The notes beneath the pieces are model-generated. The model did not search any database. It was given only the letters and a program-made list of their open reading frames with translations, and was not told where the DNA came from. Both the position numbers and the translations under genes were made by a program. From Solirubrobacteraceae bacterium (GTDB lineage: Bacteria; Actinomycetota; Thermoleophilia; Solirubrobacterales; Solirubrobacteraceae), in contig JBPCNA010000060.1 in assembly GCA_051001735.1 (NCBI GenBank), positions 1 to 62,853 of the forward strand: a stretch of 62,853 nucleotides of DNA, written 5' to 3'. Below, one piece after another: positions 57,034 to 62,853 of the stretch; within the stretch, counting starts at the first letter, position 1, and the number at the start of each line of letters is the position of its first letter.

Positions 57034-57923
57034 TCGCGGACCACCTCCCCGGGAGCCTTGTCCTCGCGCAGCCCGAGGAACCGCGGATGGCGCAGCAGCC
57101 CGTCGGCCGTCCATTCGGTGAACGCGACCTGGGCGACCAACTCGGGGCGGACCCACGTGACACCGGCGATTTTTCGGAGCGGCTCCGGGTCGGCGTAGGG
57201 TGGGCTCTGAGCGCGGAGGCGTCCGAGGCGTTCGGCCAGGTCGGCGAGCGTGACGCGGTCGAAGCCGGTCCCGACCTTGCCGGCGTAGCGGAGGGCGTCG
57301 CCGTCGTAATGGCCGAGCAGGAGGGCGCCGAAGTGCTCGCGCGAGCCGCGCGGGGCGGTGAATCCGCCGATCACGAGCTCTTGGGCGTGCTCGCACTTGA
57401 ACTTCCGCCAGTCGCGCGAGCGTGCCGCCGTGTAGGGGCTGTCGGCCCGCTTGGCGATCAGGCCCTCCCAGCCGCTCGCGCACGCCTCGCGGAAGAACGC
57501 CTCGCCGTCGGCCTCGCGGTGGACGGTCAGCCGGAGCGGATCCGCGAAGTCGATCGCCGCCGTCAAGGCGCGCTTGCGCGACAGGAGGGGGAGGCGGCGG
57601 AGGTCCTCGCCGTCGAGCCAGAGGATGTCGAAGACATAGAGGTAGACCGGTGTCCAGCGCCGGCCGCGGCCGGCGAGCCGGGCGAAGCTCGTCTGCTCCC
57701 CGTCGAAGGCTACGACCTCGCCGTCGAGGGCGAAGCGGGGGGCCGCTTGGGCGGCCAGGGCCGGCACGAGCTCGGGGTAGCGCGCGTCGAGCGCGAGGTC
57801 GTTGCGCGAGCGCAGCCGGACGGCGTCGCCGTCGCGAACGGCGATGCAGCGCACGCCGTCGAGCTTGCGCTCGAAGATCCAGCCGGGATCGGAGAAGCGG
57901 CGCTCGGTCAGCGTCGCCTTCAT
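57030..57923 (-). CDS. ligD: ATP-dependent DNA ligase (LigD ligase domain, stand-alone)
   Basis: ATG 57923 inside ORF 57030..58475. WIFERKLDGVRC (KxDG adenylation motif), FALDGEVVAF, WEGLIAKRADSPY, RDWRKFKC, OB-fold end LLRHPRFLGLREDK. Confidence 0.9.
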   Translation of the reverse strand: MKATLTERRFSDPGWIFERKLDGVRCIAVRDGDAVRLRSRNDLALDARYPELVPALAAQAAPRFALDGEVVAFDGEQTSFARLAGRGRRWTPVYLYVFDILWLDGEDLRRLPLLSRKRALTAAIDFADPLRLTVHREADGEAFFREACASGWEGLIAKRADSPYTAARSRDWRKFKCEHAQELVIGGFTAPRGSREHFGALLLGHYDGDALRYAGKVGTGFDRVTLADLAERLGRLRAQSPPYADPEPLRKIAGVTWVRPELVAQVAFTEWTADGLLRHPRFLGLREDKAPGEVVRE

Positions 57924-58179
57924 CGCGTCAGACCCCGACGGCGGCGGTCCGGGCCGCCGCAGCCGGCGCTCCCGCGGGCTCAGCCGGTCGTGGGGAGCGG
58001 GCTCGGCGGGCATGACGGCGCGGCTACCCGGCCGCCGCCCGGCCAATCGTTTTCCGTCGGCCGGCGGCGGGTACCGGGCGACAGATGAGCATCGCCGAGG
58101 CGAACGCCGCCACGCTCGCCGCCTTCGCCACGGTTTGGTACGGGATGGCGCTCCGCCGGCGCGAGCGGCTGCTGTGGCG

Positions 58180-58710
58180 ATGAGCATCCCGCCGGTCGAC
58201 CCTCTGCGCCGGACGCCGCTGCTCGCCGGGGCGCTCGATTTCGCCGCAAGCGCCCACCACGGGCCGCGGCGGGAGGGCGACACCGACGTCGACCATCCGA
58301 TCGCCGTGGCCCGGCTGCTCGACGAGGCGGGCTTCGACGAGCCGGTGGTCGCGGCGGCGCTCCTCCACGACGTGGTCGAGGACACGAGGACCGACGTCGA
58401 CGAGCTCCGGGCTCGCTTCGGCGATCCGGTGGCCGATCTGGTGGCGACGATGACCGAGGACGAGGACATCGACACCTACGAGGAGCGCAAGGCCGAGCAC
58501 CGCCGGCGGATCCGCGAGGACCGCCGGGGGGCGGCGGCGATCTACGCGGCGGACAAGCTCGCCACCGCGCGGTCGCTCGCCGGCGAGCGCATCCCGGCGC
58601 GCCGCCTCGCCCACTTCCGGCGGACGCTCGATGAGCTCAGCCGGGCCCGGCCGGAGCTGCCCTTCCTCGGCGAGCTCAGAAAAGCCCTCGACCGCATCGA
58701 AACCGGGTAG
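58180..58710 (+). CDS. HD-domain (RelA/SpoT-type) metal-dependent phosphohydrolase
   Basis: ATG 58180 inside ORF 57802..58710. DHPIAVARLL...AALLHDVVEDT...ADKLATARS. Confidence 0.8.
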   Translation: MSIPPVDPLRRTPLLAGALDFAASAHHGPRREGDTDVDHPIAVARLLDEAGFDEPVVAAALLHDVVEDTRTDVDELRARFGDPVADLVATMTEDEDIDTYEERKAEHRRRIREDRRGAAAIYAADKLATARSLAGERIPARRLAHFRRTLDELSRARPELPFLGELRKALDRIETG

Positions 58711-58714
58711 GCTG

Positions 58715-58891
58715 ATGGCGATGCGCGGGATCCTCCCCATCATCTACGTGATCATCGGGGCGATCGTCGCCGACCAGCACGGCTACTTCGCGCACCTAAG
58801 TACTCTCTCCCAGGTGATCTCGGCGGTGCTGGCGATCGTGCTCTGGCCGCTGATCCTCCTGAACGTCAACCTGCACGTCAAGATCCACTAA
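58715..58891 (+). CDS. small two-TM membrane protein
   Basis: ATG 58715: MAMRGILPIIYVIIGAIVADQHGYFAHLSTLSQVISAVLAIVLWPLILLNVNL. Lower GC, plausible codon usage. Confidence 0.5.
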   Translation: MAMRGILPIIYVIIGAIVADQHGYFAHLSTLSQVISAVLAIVLWPLILLNVNLHVKIH

Positions 58892-58903
58892 GGCAGCAGC
58901 CGC

Positions 58904-59361
58904 CTACGGGTGGCGGATCCCCTCGCGGAGCATGACCAGCGCCTTGGCGGTGCGCCGGGCTCGCGTCTCATCGCGCTTGGCCTCGGCGATCCAGCGGGCG
59001 TACTCGCGGCGGTGGCTGCGGGCGAGCTTCGAACACCGCGCGGGCGGCGTCGTCGCCGGCCAGGGCCGCCGCCAGGGCGTCGGGAACCTCCACCACCCGC
59101 GGCTCCTCGTCGCGCTCGAGCACGACGTCGACCGCGTCGCCGACGACGAGGCCGGCGGCCTCGCCCACCTCGCGGGTCAGCCCGAGGTAGCCCTGGCCGC
59201 CGCAGATCATCACCCGCGAGCGCAGCGGGGTGTCGTTTGACCGTGCCGCGCACCGGCGCCCGGGCCTCGCCGTAGGCCGCGCGCGGATCGAACGGCAGCT
59301 CGAGCAGGTGTCCGCCGCCGCCGCTCTCCTGCAGCGTCGCGGTGCAGCGCCGGGCCTCCAT
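58904..59361 (-). CDS. DUF1905 / YdeI-OmpD-associated family protein, two frame breaks
   Basis: MEARRCTATLQESGGGGHLLELPFDPRAAYGEARAPVRGTV (frame 1). NDTPLRSRVMICGGQGYLGLTREVGEAAGLVVGDAVDVVLERDEEPRVVEVPDALAAAL (frame 2, break at the T3 run 59236-59238). SHRREYARWIAEAKRDETRARRTAKALVMLREGIRHP with a stop at 58904 (frame 3, break near 59018-59028). Confidence 0.6.
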
Positions 59362-59373
59362 CTCGGCGCGAGC

Positions 59374-60552
59374 CTACCGGGTCAGCTCGCGCTCGAGCGG
59401 CGTTCGAAAGCGCGGGGTCAGGCGCACCGCGCCGACCCATTCGGCGAGCTCGGCGAGCTCGGCTTCGATCGCCGTCCTCGCCTCGGCGCCGACGTCCTCG
59501 AGCAGGCGATGGACGACCTCGCCGTCCTTGCGCTGGCCCCAGCCGCCGACCACACGGCCGTTCCACCAGAGCGTCGGCCCGGCGTTCCCGGTGCGGTCGA
59601 AGAGCATCGCCCGGTGGGGGCCGAGCAGCCAGTCGCGCTCGAACCAGCCCATGATCGTCGGATCCAGCCCGGGGAGGGCCGCGGCCCAGGGCTCGGGGTC
59701 GGAGATCGGGAGGACGTCGTCGGCGAGCACGAGGCCGGTGGCGCCGGCGTCGAGCTCGACCTCGACCGGACCGACGTCGGCGAGGACCCGCTTGAGCACG
59801 CTCGCCGACCACCCGGTCCACCATTTGAGGTCGGCGAACGTCCCCGGGCCGAAGGCCCGCAGCCAGCGCCGGACGAGCTCGGCGCGCGCCGTCTCGGTGG
59901 CTACCACGGGCGCCGGACCGCCGAGCCAGGACTCGAGCGGCGCCCACCGGTTGAGGCTGCTCGTCCACGAGCCGAGCGGGCGGGTGCGGACGATCAGGCC
60001 CTGGGCGGCGAGGAGGAAGAGCACCCGCGAGGCGACGCCCTGACGGGCCTCGTGCTTGGTGCCGGCGGCCACGACGATCTGCCGGCCGAGGGCGGGGATC
60101 TCCTGCCCGAGCTCGGACGCCGTGGCCTCGCCGCGTGCGGCGAGCGCGGCGAGCGTCTCCGCCTCGGCGGCGGCCAGCCAGGCCTCGCCGTCGGCGGCGA
60201 CCCCGGCCGCCTCGAGCATGGCGACGAACCGGCGGCGCTCGCCGGGGAGGAGGGCGGCGGTGGCGGCGGCCTGGATCACGCCGATCAGCTCGCGGGGGAC
60301 GACGAACATCGTCCGCCGCATCCCGAGCATCCGTACGACCGAACGCTCTTCGTAGAGTGCGCGCTCGACCGTCGCCGGACGGGCGCGCCGGAGGCGGCTC
60401 CGGGCGGCGAGCATGACCGAGGCGGGATCGGTGGCGTGGAGGCCGACGAGGTCGCCCGCCAGCTCGGCCACCCCGTCGGCGCGGGCCGATCGGGCGAGGT
60501 GGTGGCGCCGGGCGAGCCGGGCCCGCCGCTCGTCGACGCCGATCCGCCTCAC
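59374..60552 (-). CDS. winged-helix DNA-binding protein of the AlkZ/YcaQ (crosslink-repair DNA glycosylase-like) family
   Basis: Start set at GTG 60552 (GTGA overlap with the upstream gene). RRARLARRHHL...LVGLHATDPASVMLAARSR...ALYEERSVVRMLGMRRTMFVVP...WWNGRVVGGW. Confidence 0.8.
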   Translation of the reverse strand: MRRIGVDERRARLARRHHLARSARADGVAELAGDLVGLHATDPASVMLAARSRLRRARPATVERALYEERSVVRMLGMRRTMFVVPRELIGVIQAAATAALLPGERRRFVAMLEAAGVAADGEAWLAAAEAETLAALAARGEATASELGQEIPALGRQIVVAAGTKHEARQGVASRVLFLLAAQGLIVRTRPLGSWTSSLNRWAPLESWLGGPAPVVATETARAELVRRWLRAFGPGTFADLKWWTGWSASVLKRVLADVGPVEVELDAGATGLVLADDVLPISDPEPWAAALPGLDPTIMGWFERDWLLGPHRAMLFDRTGNAGPTLWWNGRVVGGWGQRKDGEVVHRLLEDVGAEARTAIEAELAELAEWVGAVRLTPRFRTPLERELTR

Positions 60553-60842
60553 CGGGCGTTCTTCTTGAGCCACCAGTCCACGTAGTAGCCGCCGAACGGG
60601 ATCACGGCGCCGAGGAGGATGTACACCGTCGTGCTGGTCGTCCACTTCTGGGTGGGCCGCAGGGCGATGGTGAGAAAGACGTAGGCGAGGAAGATCACGC
60701 CGTGGACGGGGCCGAGGACGGAGACGACGCTCGAGCCGGTGGAGGAGCTCGCGCCCTCCTTGAAGCCGGCGGCGACGAGCAGCGCGAGGTAGCTCGTCGC
60801 CTCGGCCAGCGCGACGTAGCGCAGGGTGCGGATGGTGATCAA
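60549..60842 (-). CDS. DUF3817 domain-containing membrane protein
   Basis: LRYVALAEATSYLALLVAA...GPVHGVIFLAYVFLTIAL...LGAVIPFGGYYVDWWLKK. Confidence 0.8.
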   Translation of the reverse strand: MITIRTLRYVALAEATSYLALLVAAGFKEGASSSTGSSVVSVLGPVHGVIFLAYVFLTIALRPTQKWTTSTTVYILLGAVIPFGGYYVDWWLKKNAR

Positions 60843-60922
60843 GAGGGTGCTCCGTTCTCGGGCGGCGGGAAGGGCGGGACTCTAGCCCGAGTCCGGGGTC
60901 GACGCCCCGCTACCCTGCGCGG

Positions 60923-61723
60923 ATGACGCCCGCCGACGGCACGCCGGTCGACGACGAGATCCGCCGTCTGCTGGGCGCCCAGCGGATGCGCGGCGACTTC
61001 GCGGCGATCCATGTGGCGCCGTCCTGCGCCGAGGAGGTCCCGGACGTGGCCGGGGCGCGGCTCGTCGTCGTCGGACCCGACCACCCGCATACGGAGGCCG
61101 GCGCGTCGGCGGCGCTCGTCCACGCCGCCGCCGTCCTCGGCGGCGAGGAGCGCGTCTACCGCAACATGCTCGTCTTCCTCGCCGCCGACGCCGCCCGGCT
61201 CGAGGAGCTGCGGGCGGCCGTCGGGGCGGGCGGCGACGTGCGGGAGCTGCTCGGCGAGACGTGGCGGTGGCTGCTCGTGCCGCCGGCGGCCGGCGCCGAC
61301 TGGGGCACGAGCCGGGCGACCGGCCGCGACGATCTGGCGATGCGGGCGAGCCGGCAGCTCCGCGCCGACGGCGACCTCTTCGCCGAGTACCCGCCCGCCC
61401 GCCTGCGGGCCGACCTCGATCGCGTCCCCCTGTGGCCGGAAGGCGCGCACCACGTCGCGCTCGCCGACGTCTGGGAGGCCTACGCCCGTTCTGTGGAGCT
61501 GCCGCGCCTGCGGAGCTCGGCGGTGCTGGCGGCGGCGGTGGCGGCCGGGGTCGGCCTGCCCGGCTGGGAGCGCGACGGTTTCGCCTACGCCGAGTCCTGG
61601 GACGTCGAGGCGGGGCGCTTCGAGGGCTTGGCGGCCGACCGCCAGGGCGACCTCGTCCTGCGCGGAACGGGGCTGCTGGTGCGTCCGGAGGCGGCGGCGG
61701 CCCAGCTGGCGGCCGAGAGCTGA
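60923..61723 (+). pseudogene. C-terminal remnant of a DUF499-type (COG1483) defence-associated ATPase
   Basis: ERVYRNMLVFLAADAARLEELRAAV, ETWRWLLVP, LAMRASRQLRADGDLFAEYPPARLRADLDRVPLWPEG..VALADVWEAYARSVELPRLRSSAVLAAAVAAGV....WERDGFAYAESWDVEAGRFEGL...LLVRPEAA. These match the conserved tail of ~1000-aa DUF499 proteins as I remember them. The ATPase part is absent and the middle appears shortened. Confidence 0.55.
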
Positions 61724-61764
61724 GCCGGCGCGGCGGCGCCCGGGGTGTCGGTTACGATCAGCCG

Positions 61765-62454
61765 GTGTCCCGCCGACTGCCTGGCTCCGCCGGCGCGCTC
61801 CTTCTCGCCGCCGGACTGGGCGGCTGCGGCGGCGCGTCGCCCGGCAACGGCGTCGACGCGAAGCCGGCCGACGCCATCCTCGCGGCGTCCAAGCAGGCGG
61901 CGGACACGGCGAGCTCGGTCCACGTCGCCGGGTCGATCGCCCTCTCCGGGGGGACGACGACCTTCGACCTGAACCTGGCCCGAGGCCGGGGCGCCCGGGG
62001 TCGGCTCGTGGCCAACGGCATCAGCTACGACCTGATCCGCGTCGGCTCGTCGATCTACGTCAAGGGGAGCCGGGCCTTCTACCGCCACTTCACCGGGGCG
62101 GCGGCCCAGCTGTTCAACGGCAAGTGGCTGAAGGGGCGGACGACCTCGGGGGTCCTCGCCGGGATCGGGCCGCTGACCGACCTGCCGGGTTTCGTTGACC
62201 GGGCGCTGAGCCAGCCGAACCTCAAGCTCACCAAGGGCGCCAGGCTGACGGTCGCCGGGCAGCAGGTGGTGGAGCTGCAGGATCCGCGCGGCGGGACGCT
62301 GAGCGTCGCCACCACCGGCGAGCCGTACCCGGTGCGGATCGCCGTCACCGGCGGGTCGGGTCAGACGACGACGTTCGACCGCTGGAACGCCGGCGTGGCG
62401 CTGAGCGCGCCGGTCGGATCGGTCGACATCGACCGCCTCCGCAGCGCCCGCTAG
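61765..62454 (+). CDS. lipoprotein, unknown function
   Basis: GTG 61765 inside ORF 61261..62454: VSRRLPGSAGALLLAAGLGGCGG lipobox. Beta-rich mature part (LprG/LppX-like size); no firm family. Confidence 0.65.
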   Translation: MSRRLPGSAGALLLAAGLGGCGGASPGNGVDAKPADAILAASKQAADTASSVHVAGSIALSGGTTTFDLNLARGRGARGRLVANGISYDLIRVGSSIYVKGSRAFYRHFTGAAAQLFNGKWLKGRTTSGVLAGIGPLTDLPGFVDRALSQPNLKLTKGARLTVAGQQVVELQDPRGGTLSVATTGEPYPVRIAVTGGSGQTTTFDRWNAGVALSAPVGSVDIDRLRSAR

Positions 62455-62492
62455 TGGGCCTTGAGGGTGGGTTTGACCGGTAACTGCATGGG

Positions 62493-62853
62493 TTAGGCGG
62501 CGACGCGGTGTCGGGCTTCGGCGGCGGCGAGGCGGTGGTCGCGGTGGTCGCCGTTGCGGTAGGTGATGTGGCGGGCGAGCGCGAAGGCGAAGGCGTCCCA
62601 GTTGGGGGTAGTCGGCGTTGCAGACGACGAACTGGCTGATCGCGGAGAAGTGGCACTCGACGGGGTTGAGGTAGCTGGCGTAGGTCGGGGTCGGCACGAG
62701 CTTGTTGCTCGCGGCCGCGAACTTGCGGATGGCTGGCGTCCAGTTGGCCGAGAGGTTGTCCTCCGATCCAGTAGATCCGGCGGCGGCGGGGGTAGCTGCC
62801 ACGGATCTGGGTCATGAACGCGAGCATGTCCTGGCCGCGGCGCCTGGGCCGCA
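62493..62853 (-). pseudogene. IS630-family transposase, C-terminal third (runs off the right edge; two frame breaks)
   Basis: Reverse strand over three frames: QDMLAFMTQIRGSYPRRRRIYWI / DNLSANWTPAIRKFAAASNKLVPTPTYASYLNPVECHFSAISQFVVCNADYP / NWDAFAFALARHITYRNGDHRDHRLAAAEARHRVAA with a stop at 62493. Breaks near 62760 and at the G5 run 62604-62608. Confidence 0.7.

Noticed and set aside
56190-58088. 632-aa ORF on the forward strand
   Set aside because: It is antisense to the LigD polymerase and ligase genes, which carry canonical motifs. It has no motifs and a shadow-ORF composition.

Overview
This is a very GC-rich (roughly 70% by eye) actinobacterial-type chromosomal segment with about 60 protein genes, two tRNAs and many mobile-element remains. 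Identifications rest on my reading of the translated ORFs and raw sequence; no searches were run.

Gene content, left to right:
- An IS630 fragment, an IS256 relic, and a ~2-kb IS1595-family element whose inverted repeats also enclose a low-GC trypsin-like protease.
- A YVTN beta-propeller protein and a TlpA / CPVC-membrane protein / CcdA thiol-disulfide module.
- A cell-envelope cluster: LCP, S1 protease, C39-like peptidase, a cyclic-di-AMP (ydaO-type) riboswitch with NlpC/P60, and an M23 peptidase.
- A BlaI / BlaR1-like pair with decayed metal-homeostasis genes.
- An ABC-2 transporter, a LysR regulator, a rhomboid protease, TetR plus a membrane protein, and a tannase-like esterase.
- An IS graveyard (Tn3, IS481 and IS110 relics plus an intact IS256 with target duplication), ending in a low-GC 829-aa large serine recombinase next to tRNA-Asp.
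- Housekeeping-like genes: GT2, ArsC-like, PadR/HAAS, CBS-pyrophosphatase, YfcE, ADH and an IPT/TIG repeat protein.
- A decayed integrative element (ISL3 and tyrosine-recombinase relics) beside tRNA-Val.
- A CaCA antiporter, DUF1206, an HTH-DUF2384-SCP2 fusion, and GMC and SDR oxidoreductases.
- A DNA-repair cluster (UvrD-like helicase, split LigD polymerase and ligase, AlkZ-like protein), a DUF499 relic and an IS630 fragment.

A recurring feature is single-base reading-frame breaks, often at G/C homopolymers, in otherwise well-conserved genes. This suggests indel errors in the assembly, or widespread pseudogenisation. No CRISPR array and no rRNA were seen.

The most interesting candidates are the IS1595 element with a protease passenger and the serine-recombinase / tRNA-Asp junction with helically phased TGCGGA repeats.
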